A DNA stretch of 46,976 bases from Scyliorhinus canicula (taxonomy: Eukaryota), in assembly GCF_902713615.1 (NCBI RefSeq), contig NW_024055665.1, positions 248,001 through 294,976 on the forward strand, in the 5' to 3' direction. Below the pieces are notes generated by a model, which made no database searches, was not told the origin of the DNA, and was given only the letters and a program-made list of their open reading frames with translations. The position numbers and the translations under genes are program-made. Below are positions 9,803 through 22,232 of this stretch, piece after piece. Within the stretch, counting starts at the first letter, position 1; each line of letters starts with the position of its first letter.

Positions 9803-12603
9803 GTAAGAACCATTCCATTATTTATGAACTGTTTTACTTGAGTGATACTGTGTGGCTGGGTACTTTAAATACCTAACGCCTGTAAACAGTTTGGTATTTC
9901 TGCAATGTTTAATCTCAGTGACATCTGGTGGCTGCAGGTTTTACCACCTCCTGTACAAGTGTTAGAAATCGACCCAATATTCACAAAATATGCTGAAGCA
10001 TCAATGTCAATTTATTGAACACTTCAGGCTTATTGACAATGCTGATGATATTCTTCCATATTTCTGTGTGTTTTAATTGTTCATTCACTTGCTGAAAGGC
10101 GGATTTCGTGGGTTCTAGACTGAGATTTTCTTGAAATGCTGTTTGATTCTGTTGAATTGTAGATTTGAGCTGGTTCTCCATGAGACGAATTTCAGCCCCT
10201 CGGTGATTTAATTTGGTGTTTTTCTGCTCAGGAGATTCTGTCTGGGTGATTTTGAATAAGTAAAGTTTATGAAACGGTTCTGGCGTTTCTATGTTCTTTA
10301 TACTCGTTGATACTGAGCGGTTCCATGTTTTGTAATTGAATGAAAACAATACACGTGTTTGAAACTGCTGCACGATTTTAGGCAGAATACAGTCAGGATT
10401 TTAGAGTGCTTTTTAAAAGTGATGGTTGCAGATTAAACTAAGCCACAGTTTAAAATGCTCTTTCCAAACATAATTTGTTACTGCAATCACAGCCTGGCTT
10501 TTCTTCAGTGTCCCACCTTGGTGGGATTGATGGATGCAGCTTTATCTCTCCTTCCAACTGTTTAAATGCGTTTGAAATATGGTCCAATATGAATAAAATG
10601 TGGTAAAGTTTCAAAAATATTTTGGACATACCCCACATACTCACAGTGATATTACTGTTGTTTTGTATTTCTATTTAGTTTGATAATTCATACATTTGGT
10701 GGCGAACTGGTTTGCTAGATTCGATATTCAGATGTTTTTGAAATGTAACGTTTGATTCTGTTGAATGTAGAATTGAGCTGTTTCTCAATGAAACGGGTTC
10801 AGCCCTTACGATGATTTGGGGGTTTTCCTGCTGAGGAGATACTGTGTCCGGGTGACTTTGAATAAGTACAATTTGTGAAGCGGTTTTCTGTTTCTCTGTA
10901 GTTTCTGCATTGTTCAAACTGGGTGACATTGAGCAGTTACACGTTTTCTGGTTAAATGTAAAAAGGTTTGCGTGTTTTAATCTCCTTGAAATACAATTGT
11001 AGGGAGTAAACGCAGCAGGTTTCGAAAATAAAGAAAGGAATTAAAGATTTGATAGACATTTTTAAATTTAACATGGTGATAACTGATTAAACAAAACCAT
11101 GGCGTCATTAAGAACGCAATTCGTTACTGCAATCTGAAACTATTTAATTAAAACGTTTTCAAATTAGTGAGTAAAATTAATATAACTTAAATAATTATAA
11201 TGCTATGTTATAACCATATTATCCAAATATGTTATCATATTAATGTCATTAATCATCAATCGCCTTCCACCATTCTGCTGTGCTCTGCAAACCATTAATC
11301 AGTGCAACACTTAATGAAAACTACTGAGTCAGATCCTCTATATCACTGAAACATAATGAGAAAATGATGGAGAAATGTTCTTGTTCAATTTATGATTTAA
11401 TAAGAAATAAGCTTGAGGCTCAGATATAATCCATTCTTCTATTGTATAATTTGTTTTATTGTTATATTGTGTACAGCACAGCTCTGCGAGACAGGATGTT
11501 ATTATTTTTTGCACAGCTAATATTCTCCTTTTGTAATTAAATTAATCTCTTTGAATTTCGAGCTTTTACTGTCTCCAGCAATGAGCAGTACGAACATTTC
11601 TACAATTTAGATAAAATCATAAGAACAATTCCTTCACTTTCAGCGACTTCCACCTCTGAGAAACTCCTTATGATTAAAATAGAGACAACGACAACTGACG
11701 CTGAAGAGATAATATACGAGCTGCTGCACATAACTAATATAATAACCGGATACATAAATTGCCAAACTGCAATATAAAACTCCTACTTAAGTAACTGAAA
11801 ACGTAATCAGAGAAATAAAGAATTAAAATATGTCTTGAGCAACTGAACAGTGCTGTAGAATCAGTATGTTATTATTAAAACAGCTTCATAAATAATCACA
11901 AAATATTCCCAGCCTATAAACTTTTCCGGTCATGCTATTTTTCTTTAAGCAATATTTTCAAGAATAAAGTTAATCGAATTGCCTGAATGATTAAATCTCG
12001 GAAACACTTTTATTGATCACAAACTAACAAGGACTTTATTGTTAGATATATAGTTTCGAGTAACAACAGTTTATCAATTCGAGAGCACCGCTTTAAGAAA
12101 CAGATGATATATTACACATGTCTGAATTATTCCATCCGATAATTTGAAGTTTAATATTTAATTAACTCCAAATTATTTAGCAGATTTCAGGCAGCAACAG
12201 GTTTTGAATTACAGAGAACCATTTTTTATTATTTATGTTATAGAGTACAAATCAGCAGACAGGACAACTAATTGACAATTGGCAATAACTTGCAATGCGA
12301 CATTAGTACTAACTAATTCAACATAAATTAACTCCTACAAGAGTAATACACTGGCGTGCGATATCAAAGCTATTGGAGAATGTTTAATTGTACTGAAAAT
12401 AATTTAGAAAACAATACATTTATTTACTCAGGTTGAAGAGGTGGCCCGCCTCGATTGCTTTATTGATTATATTTAATTAGAAAATTGCATCAAATCAGGT
12501 CATCAGTTTCCAATGTGAATGTTTCCTGGTTTGTTTATTTCTTGGCAAACACTGGATCTCTGTCACGGACATTAAACACCCGTCAATCTGTTATATTCAA
12601 TGT

Positions 12604-13426
12604 GAACATAAGAACATAAGAACATAAGAACTAGGAGCAGGAGTAGGCCATCTGGCCCCTCGAGCCTGCTCCGCCATTCAATGAGATCATGGCTGATCTT
12701 TTGTGGACTCAGCTCCACTTTCCGGCCCGAACAACATAACCCTTAATCCCTTTATTCTTCAAAAAACTATCTATCTTTACCTTAAAACATGTAATGAAGG
12801 AGCCTCAACTGCTTCACTGGGCAAGGAATTCCATAGATTCACAACTCTTTGGGTGAAGAAGTTCCTCCTAAACTGAGTCCTAAATCTACTTCCCCTTATT
12901 TTGAGGCTATGTCCCCTAGTTTTGCTTTCACCCGCCAGTGGAAACAACCTGCCCGCATCTATCCTATCTATTCCCTTCATAATTTTAAATGTTTCTATAA
13001 GATCCCCCCTCATCCTTCTAAATTCCAACGAGTACAGTCCCAGTCTACTCAAACTCTCCTCATAATCCAACCCCTTCAGCTCTGGGATTAACCTAGTGAA
13101 TCTCCTCTGCACACCCTCCAGTGCCAGTACGTCCTTTCTCAAGTAAGGAGACCAAAACTGAACACAGTACTCCAGGTGTGGCCTCACTAACACCTTATAC
13201 AATTGCAACATAACCTCCCTAGTCTTAAACTCCATCCCTCTATCAATGAAGGACAAAATTCCATTTGCCTTCTTAATCACCTGTTGCACCTGTAAACCAA
13301 CCTTCTGTGACTCATGCACTAACACACCCAAGTCTCTCTGCACAGCGGCATGCTTTAGTATTTTATCGTTTAAATAATAGTCCCGTTTGCTGTTATTCCT
13401 ACCAAAATGGATAACCTCACATTTGT
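12604..13426 (-). mobile_element. 5'-truncated CR1-clade LINE (RT C-terminus, 3' UTR, (TTCTTATG)n tail)
   Basis: ORF 12777-13343 with VRPHLEYCVQFWSP, RRMRGDLIETFKIMKG and FFTQRVVNLWNSLP; AACATAAG x3 at 12605-12628 is the reverse-complement tail. Confidence 0.95.
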
Positions 13427-13629
13427 CTCAGTGATAATACATTGTGCCCAGTTCAGACAGACAGGAGAAATAGCTGAAAGGCGAAGGGAGTTTTGAAATT
13501 AATTTCAGAGAGGTTATTGATTTGTTATTGTCGTAAGTTGACCATTTATCAATTAGAATCGAGCAGTTTGCATGATTCATTCCCCCGTGTTTCAGAATGA
13601 AATTTGACAGACTAAATAATCTCTCATCG

Positions 13630-15410
13630 TCACACTGTTTCTCCCTCACACACTCCCTCTCTCCCACAAACCCGCACTATTCCTCAAACACACAGTCTCT
13701 CTCTCACACACACACAGTCACACACACGCACTGCCTCACACACTCAGTCTCTTACATACTCTCTGTCACCAACTTTATCTCTGTCCAACTCTCCCTCACA
13801 CAGACTGTCACTCACTCTCTCACATGCACAGGCACATTATCCCTCTCTCTCTTTCACAGGCAATCTCCCTCTCACACTCTCTCACACACACTCTCTTACA
13901 CGCTTTACCAATCTCAGTCACATTAAAAATCATTCGCAGACACACATACACACACATGCACTCTCGCACACATTATCTCTTGCACACACGCTCGTTCACA
14001 CACATGCTCTGTCAGACACATCTCTCACACACAAAATGCTCTCTCACATACAGGCTCTCTCACACATTCGCTCTCTCACACATACACTCTCTCACGCATA
14101 CGCCCTCTCTCTCACACTCGCCCTGACATGCATGGTCTCTCGCACGCACACTCTCTCACGCTCACACACACGCTCTCTCACACACACACTCTCTCAAACA
14201 CACGGCCTCTCGCACAGGCATGCTCTCTTGTACTCCTGCTCTCTCACACATATATCCTCTCTTTCATACATGCTCTCTTATGCACATGAGCTCTGATACT
14301 CACACTCTTGCACACACTCCCTCACTCACTCACTCACACTCATGTTTGCTGACACACATGCTCTCTCACGCACATGCTTTCTCACACACATGCTCTGTTG
14401 CGTACATGCTCTCTCACACACATGTACTCTCCCACACGTGTGTTCTCACACACACGCTCTCTCACACACACACTCTCTCAAACACACGGCCTCTCACACA
14501 CACACGCTCTCTTGTACTCTTGCTCTCTCACACATATATCCTCTCTTTCATACATGCTCTCTTATGCACATGAGCTCTGATACTCACACTCTCGCACACA
14601 CTCTCTCACTCACTCACTCACACTCATGTTCGCTGACACACATGCTCTCTCACGCACATGCTTTCTCACACACATGCTCTGTTGCGTACATGCTCTCTCA
14701 CACACATGTACTCTCCCACACGTGTGTTCTCACACACACGCTCTCTCACACACTTATCTCTCACACTCACGCTCTCTTGCACACACGGTCCCTCACACAC
14801 ATGCCCTCTCACTCACATGCTCTCTCATTCACTCACTCTCTCACACACCCATGCTCTCTCATTCTCCCTTGCACACACACTCTCTCACACACATGCTCTC
14901 TGGTACTCATGCACTCTCGCACACATGCTCTCTCACACATGTTCTCTTGCACACATGCTGTCTCGTTCACACTTTCTCTCACACACATGCTCTCTCACAC
15001 ATGCTCTCTCACACATATCCTCTCTTGCACACATGCTCTCACACATATGCTCTGTCACACACTCACACACACACACGCTCTCACACACATGATGTCTGGC
15101 ACACATGCTATCTCAAACACAGTTTTCCGCATACAGTCTCTCTCCTGTGGACACTATTTTGCTCCCTCACACACACACATCCTCTCGCTCGCACAAATAC
15201 ACACAATGGCGCTCTCACACACAGATATTCTCTGACACACAGAGATACTCTCACACATACACACACTCACACATATACTCTCTCTCCCTCTCTCTTGATC
15301 CATCTCTCGCATGCATGCAGCCACATACATAGACACAAACACATGTTCTCAGACCCATACCCACACTCTCCCTCTCTCTCACACACACTCAGACACGCAC
15401 ACACTTTCAG
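13630..15410. repeat. CA/CT-rich low-complexity tract containing a 284-bp tandem duplication
   Basis: Mixed (CA)n/(CT)n with CACATGCTCTCT-type units; the block near 14164-14448 recurs at 14449-14733, and ORFs 14342 and 14626 start with identical peptide. Confidence 0.9.
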
Positions 15411-15442
15411 ATACACAGATGAGAGCGACTGAATCTAGCATC

Positions 15443-15758
15443 AATAATAAACAAAATAATCTTTATTATTGTCACAAGTGGGCTTACATTAACACTGCAA
15501 TGAAGGTACTGTGAAAATCCCCGACATGCCACACTCTGGCGCCTGTTCGGGTACACCGGGGAAGAATTCAGAATCTCCAATCCATCTACCAGGATGTTTT
15601 TCAGGACTTGTGGGAGGAAACCGGAGCACCCGGAGGAATTCCACGTAGACACGGGGAGAACCTGCAGACTCCACACAGGCAATGTCCCTAGTGGGAATCG
15701 AACCCGGATCCCTGGTGTTGTGAAGCGACAGTGCTAACCACTGTGCTACAGTGCCGCC
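15443..15758 (-). mobile_element. tRNA-derived SINE (full length)
   Basis: Reverse-complement A box (gtgctaaccactgtgc) and B box (gggaatcgaacc), shared core and (TTA)-rich tail. Confidence 0.88.
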
Positions 15759-15829
15759 AAATCAAGGCATAATTTAAACGTGTGGCCTCGGGGAGCCCAA
15801 CCAAAGAATGAATGGATGGGAATCAGGAG

Positions 15830-16695
15830 AACAATCTCCGCTGGTTGGAGTCATAACCAGCACCAAGGTAGATGGATTCCATTGCTGGAGGTTAATCATC
15901 TCAATTCCAGGACATCACTGCGAGACTTCTTCAGGGTAGTGTCCTCGGACAAACCATCAATGCTTATTCATCAATGACCTTTTCATCATAATGTCTGAAC
16001 TGGGTTGTTCTCAGATGATTGCACCAAGCTCAGCACAATTTGCAACTGTGCAGTCACTGAATAAATCTACGTGTAAATAAAGCAACATGGAGACTACATC
16101 AGGTTCTGGCTGACAAGTGGTAAGTAACAGTCAAGTCACCCAATCGAAGGCAAAGCCCACCTCCAGTAAGAACGGTCTAACCACTGCCCCTTGACATTCA
16201 ATGGCATTACCATCATTGAATCCCCACTCGAAACCTCCTGGGGGTTCACATGGACCAGAAAGTGATCTGGACGAGTCATATAAATTTTGAGGCCAGAAGA
16301 ACAGATCAAAGGTGAGTAATCCTGCGGTGAAAAACTAATCTCCTGACTCCCCAAAGCCTGTCCACCATCTAAAGATCCGCTGCAGAAACTCATCATGTCT
16401 CCTTAGGCAGCACCTTCCAAACCCATGACAGCGGCCATCTGGACAAGGACAGCAGACACATCGGAACATCACCAAGTGGAAGCTGAACTCCAAGTCACTC
16501 AGCATCATGACTATAAAGTATGTCACCGTTCCTTCAGTGCCGCTGGTTCAAAACCATGTATGTAACTGACTTGGGGAAACACCACATGGACTGCAATGGT
16601 TAAAGAAGGAAGCTCACCACCTTCTCAAAGGCAATGAGGGATGGAAAATAAATGCTGGCCCAGCCAGAGACGTCTACATCACAAGAATGAATAAA
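15830..16695 (+). mobile_element. Degenerate CR1-like LINE (RT to 3' end), probable partner of the DeuSINE-like element
   Basis: cttcagggtagtgtcctcgga...ttcatcaatgacctt corresponds to the PQGSVLGP...FINDL RT motif; 3' end ggcaatgagggatggaaaataaatgctggcccagcc...gaatgaataaa. Confidence 0.7.
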
Positions 16696-17069
16696 CACAA
16701 CAACACTGTCCGTGATACAATATGACAGAAAAATCCCATTTGCAAAATGAAAATCCATTAAGTTGCAGGAATGATCATTGTCCCAGTCCTAAATTTTTTT
16801 GTGGAAAATGAAATTACATCGGCATTAAAGCAGCTACCCAGTGATCTACACTGCTGTCTGACTTTACAAAGCCGGTGTTACTGAAAGCTGATCAATGTGG
16901 AGAATCAGGACAGGATGGATGGAGAGAAGAGGAGGAGGTGGGGGTGGTGGAGCCGAATGGAGGAGCCCCCAGCTCGGCTGTGGACAACAGGCATCGGAAA
17001 GCTGAGCCTGAGCAGAAAATCATCCAGAGAAATATCGTCCTGATGGGCTGGGAGCATCTGGGAATGGTC

Positions 17070-19930
17070 ACTCACCCACGCTCACTCACTCACTCACTCT
17101 CACCTGTCTTCAATCATTCACTTACCCTCACTCACTCACCATCACTCATTGACCCTCACTCACCCATCCTCAATGGCAAACCTTTCCTCAACCACCCTCA
17201 CATACACCCTCACACACACGGTCACTCACTGACCCTCACTCACTCACCCTCCCTGACACATTCTCACTCACCCACCATCACTCACCCACCCTCCCTGACA
17301 CAAACTCACTCACCCACCCTCCCTGACAGACTCTCACACACCCACCCTCCCTGACACACACTCTCTCACCCACCCTCCCTGACACACTCTCTCACCCACC
17401 CTACCTGACACACACTCTCTCACCTACCCTCCCTCACACACACACACTCACCCACCCTCCGTGACACACTCTCACTCACCCACCCTCCCTGACACACACA
17501 CACTCACCCACCCTCCCTGACACACACTCACTCACCCACCCTCCCTGACAGACTCTCACTCACCCACCCTCCCTGACACACACTCTCTCACCCACCCTCC
17601 CTGACACACTCTCTCACCCACCCTACCTGACACACACTCTCTCACCTACCCTCCCTGACACACACACTCACCCACCCTCCGTGACACACTCTCACTCACC
17701 CATCCTCCACGACACACACACTCTCACCCACCCTCCCTGATACAATTTCACTCACCCACACTCCCTGACACCCTCACTCACCCACTCTCCCTGACACACT
17801 CTCACTCCCCCATCCTCCCCCTCACTCACACACCCTCCCTGACACACTCTCACTCCCCCATCCTCCCCCTCACTCACCCACCCTCCCTGACACACACACA
17901 CTCAACCACCCTCCCTGACACAATCTCACTCCCCCATCCTCCCCCTCACTCCCCCACCCTCCCTGACACACACACACTCACCCACCCTTCCTGCCACACT
18001 CTCACTCACCCACCCTCCCTGACACACTCTCACTCACCCACTCTCTCTGTTACACACTCACTCACCCACCCTCCCTGACACACACTCACTCACCCACACT
18101 CCCTGACTCACTCTCACTCACCCACCCTCGGTGACACACCCTCACTCACACACCCTCCCTGACACACTCACTGACCCACATTCCCTGACACAGACTCACT
18201 GACTCACCCTCCCTGACACACTCTCACCCCCGTGACACATTCTCACATACCCACCCCCGCCCTGACACACACACTCTCACCCACCCTCCCTGACACAGCC
18301 TTACTCACCCACCTTCCCTGACAGACTCACACTCACTCACCCTCCCTGACACACTCTCACTCACCCACCCTCCCTGACACACTCTCACTCATCCACCCTC
18401 CCTGACACACACTCACTCACCCACCTTCCCTGACACACACTCACTCATCCACCCTCCCTGACACACACTCACCCACCCTCCCTGACAGACACTCATTCAC
18501 CCACCCTCCCTGACACACACTCACTCACCCTCGCTAACACACACTCACTCACCCACCCTCCCTGACACACTCTCACTCACCCACCCTCCCTGACACACAC
18601 TCACTCACCCACCCTCCCTGACACGCACTCACCCCCACCCTCCCTGTCAGACACTCATTCACCCACCCTCCCTGACACACACTCACTCACCCACCCTCCC
18701 TGACACACTCTCACTCACCCACCCTCCCTGACACACTCACTCACCCTCACACACACACTCACCCAGCCTCATTCAGCAACACTCGCCCTGATTGACTCAC
18801 CCTTTCAAGCCCAACCTAACTCGTTCACCCTCACTCACACACTCTCACCCACTCATCCTCAAACTAACGCCCATCGTCACTCATTCTCACCCACTCTCAT
18901 TCAGGCTCTCACCCTCACTCAGTCACCCACCCACACTTACTCCGCCACCCTCACACACCCTGACTCACACACCGTCACTCACCCACCCTCACACACCGTC
19001 ATTCACCCACTCTCACACACCCTCACCCACCCACCCTCACTCACTCCCCACCCTCACGCTCACTGAATCACTCACCCACACTCACACACCCACACACCCT
19101 CAATCAGTAACCCACCCTCACCGACACATTCACTCCCCCCTCAATCAAATACCACCACCCACCCTAACTCGCCCACACTCACTCACTCACCCTCCAACCC
19201 ACCATCGCTCTCGAATCTTCCCTCACACATCTACAATGACTCATTCATACTCACTCACCCAGCCTCACTCATTCACCCTCACACTCGCACCCATCCTCTT
19301 TCACACACCTTCACTCACAGATCCTTACCCTTCCTCACTTACGCACCCTCACTCATTCACATTCCCTCATACACCCTTATTGAGCCATCCTCACCAGACG
19401 CACCCAACCTGTCACCCACTATCACTCACCCTCACTCACCCACCCATCCTCACACACCCTCATTTACCCACACCCATCCCCTCACTCACCCTGACTCACT
19501 CAACCACCATCACACACCCACCCTCGCGCACCACCCACACTCATTCTCTGCCACTCACACTACCTCACTCACCCTCGCACACCCACTAATTCTCAATAAC
19601 GCACCTCACTCACTGAGCAACAGTTACATCCTCACTGACCCGCACTCACTCATGCATCCTCACTCAATCATCCTCACTCACCGACCCTCATTCACCCAAC
19701 CTCGTTCACTCACCTTCATTGACTCTCACTACACAACCTCACTCACCCAGCGGCACTCATTCCCTGCGTCTCACTCACTCTCCCTCACCCATCCTGGCTC
19801 ATTCGTGCTCGGTGACATACCCTCACACATTTACCCTCACTCAGTCATTCACCCTGATCTGCCACTCATCAACACTCAGACATCCTCAATCAGCCAACTC
19901 ACTCACACACACTCACTCTCCTACCCTCAC
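17070..19930. repeat. C-rich minisatellite (unit about 25-30 bp, CACTCACCCACCCTCCCTGACA[CA]n), homogeneous 17230-18750 then degenerate
   Basis: Dozens of CCCACCCTCCCTGACAC copies are directly visible; the top strand is nearly G-free. Confidence 0.95.
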
Positions 19931-20065
19931 TCAGTTACTCACTCATCCTCTCTCACTGATGCTCAGGAAATCGGCAAGGGAGCGTCTGCAGCGAGAGGAA
20001 TAGAGAACTGGAGCGAAACTGATGTCCAGTGGCGCCCGAATGTGTCTGCATAACACGGGAGTGGC

Positions 20066-21500
20066 GAGAGCCGGGGGAAGGAGCCGGAGGAAGGAGCCGA
20101 GAGCCAGGGGAAGGAGCCGAGAGCCGGGGGAAGGCGCAGAGAGACGGATGAATGAGCCGAGAGTCGGGGGAAGGAGCAGAGAGTCGGGGGAAGGCGCCGA
20201 GAGCCGAGGGGAGGAGTAGAGAGCCGGGGGAAGGGGCAGAGAGCCGGGGGGAGGAGCAGAGAGCCGGAGGAAAGTGCGGAGAGCCGGGGGAAGGAGCCGA
20301 GCGCCGGGGGAAGGCGCAGAGAGACGGAGGAATGAGCCGAGAGTCGGGGGAAGGAGCCGAGAGCCGAGGGAAGGCGCCGAGAGCCGAGGGGAGGAGTAGA
20401 GAGCCGGAGAAAGGTGCGGAGAGCCGGGGGAAAGCGCCGAGAGCCGGGGGAAGGAGCAGAGAGCCGGGGGAAGGTGCCGAGAGCCGGGGGAAGGAGCAGC
20501 GAGCCGGGGGATGAGAGCAAAGAGGCGGCGAAAAGGCAGAGTTGGGAGGAAAGCACAGAGATGCAGGGGAATGGGCAGAGATGCAGGGGAATGGGCAGAG
20601 ATGCAGGTGAAATGGCAGAGATGCAGGGGAATGGGCAGAGATGCAGGGGAATGGGCAGAGAGCCGTAGAAAAGGACAGAGGAAGGAAGGAAGTGGAGAGA
20701 GCAAGGGAAAGGCGGGGGACGGGTAGTGGGAGTGCAAGGAGCCAGGGGAAGTGCAGGGAGGGGGAGGGGTGCGAGGGGTGGGGGTGCGAGTGCAGGGGGC
20801 CGGGGCAAGGCGCAGAGAGCCGGGGAAGCAGCAGAGAGCCGGGGGAAGGAGCAGAGAGCTGAGGGAAGGTGCAGAGAGCCGGGGGAAGGAGCAGAGAGCC
20901 GGGGAAGGGGCAGAGAGCCGGGGGAAGGAGCAGAGCGCCGGGGAAGGAGCAGAGAGCCGGAGGAAAGTGCAGAGAGCCGGAGGAAAGTGTAGAGAGCCGG
21001 AGGAAAGTGTAGAGAGCCGGGGGAAGGAGCAGAGAGCCGGAGGAAGGAGCAGAGAGCCGGGGGAAGGAGCAGAGCGCCGGGGAAGGAGCAGAGAGCCGGA
21101 GGAAAGTGCAGAGAGCAGGAGAAAAGTGTAGAGAGCCGGGGGGAGGAGCAGAGAGCCGGGGGGAAGGAGCGGAGAGCCGGAGAAAGGAGCAGGGAGCCAG
21201 GGGAAGGCGCAGAGAGCCGGGGACAGTGCAGAGAGCCGGGGGGAGGCATAGAGAGCCGGGGGAAGGAGCAGAGAGCCGGGGACGGTGCAGAGAGCCGGGG
21301 GAAGGCGCAGAGAGCCGGGGGGAGAGTGCAGAGAGGCGTGGGAAGGAGCAGAGAGCCGGGGGAAGGAGCAGAGAGCCGGCGTAGTGCAGAGAGCCTGAGG
21401 AAGGCGCAGAGAGCCGGGGGAAGGCGCAGAGAGCCGGGGGAAAGTGCAGAGAGCCGGGGACCGGGGGAAGTGGCAGAGAGCCAGGGGAAGGAGCAGAGAA
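20066..21500. repeat. G/purine-rich 20-bp tandem array (GAGCCGGGGGAAGGAGCAGA), roughly 70 units, degenerate tail to about 21780
   Basis: Unit directly visible; includes a sub-array AGAGATGCAGGGGAATGGGC at about 20557-20660. Confidence 0.95.
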
Positions 21501-22232
21501 CCGGGGAAAGGTACAGAGAGCTGGCGCAAGTGCATAGAGCCGGACGAAAGTCCATAGAGTGGGCGATAAGCCATAAGAATCGGGGTAAAGCTCACAGTCC
21601 TGGCGAAATGTTCAAAAAGCCCGCGGAAAGTGCCAGGAACCGGGAAAAGCCCAAAGAACTGGGGAATGTGCAGCGGACATGGGCAAAGCACAACGAGCAG
21701 GAAGAAAATTCAGAGCCCAAAGTGCAGAGATGCGGAGGAAAGCGCAGAGAGCCGTGGAAAAGAGTAGAGAGCTAAACGATAGTGAAGGGACCAGGAGGAA
21801 GGTACAGAAATCCAGCGGGGACGGCAGAGAGATGGGGGAACGCTCAGAGAGCGCGGGGCGGGGTGGGGGGGGGGGGGGGTTGCAGACAGCCCGGTCTCAG
21901 TGGCAGGCAGAATGTAGGGTTAACACCACGATCAGCACAGCCAGGATCTTACTGAATGGGGAGGAAGCTGGACGGACCGAATGGTCGCCTCCCACTGTTA
22001 ATGTGCATGATCCTAAAATTAGAGAATGTTGCAATTACTCAAATGTAGAGTTTTATTGTAATTATATAAAGGTGCATTCGGAAGGTGTTTTTGAAGCAAA
22101 GCAACTATTCTCTGGTTTGGGGAGTGGGGGTAGTGAGGTGGAGAGAGGAGGGGGCATCAGTCAGTTTGTACAAAGGGAATTTCCCAAAACTGCAATGATA
22201 CAAATGAAGAGACATCCTTTGTAAGACAAATT

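Noticed and set aside
10642-10670. Perfect heptamer CACAGTG in the J-C intron
   Set aside because: No nonamer at a valid spacing; expected by chance.
9981-10929. Two related minus-strand ORFs (130 aa and 84 aa)
   Set aside because: Their similarity comes from the nucleotide duplication; frames are not conserved and no known domain is seen.
11630-11780. Acceptor-like ttcactttcag followed by a short open frame
   Set aside because: No Ig-domain Cys/Trp pattern and no convincing donor; the real Cmu1 is at 24123.
13597-19589. Many H/T/L/S-rich ORFs up to 297 aa
   Set aside because: Artefacts of CA/CT and C-rich repeats.
19943-21691. 582-aa and 530-aa Pro/Leu/Ser-rich minus-strand ORFs and R/G/E-rich plus-strand ORFs
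   Set aside because: Translations of the 20-bp array, which lacks stop codons in these frames; no domain or splice evidence.
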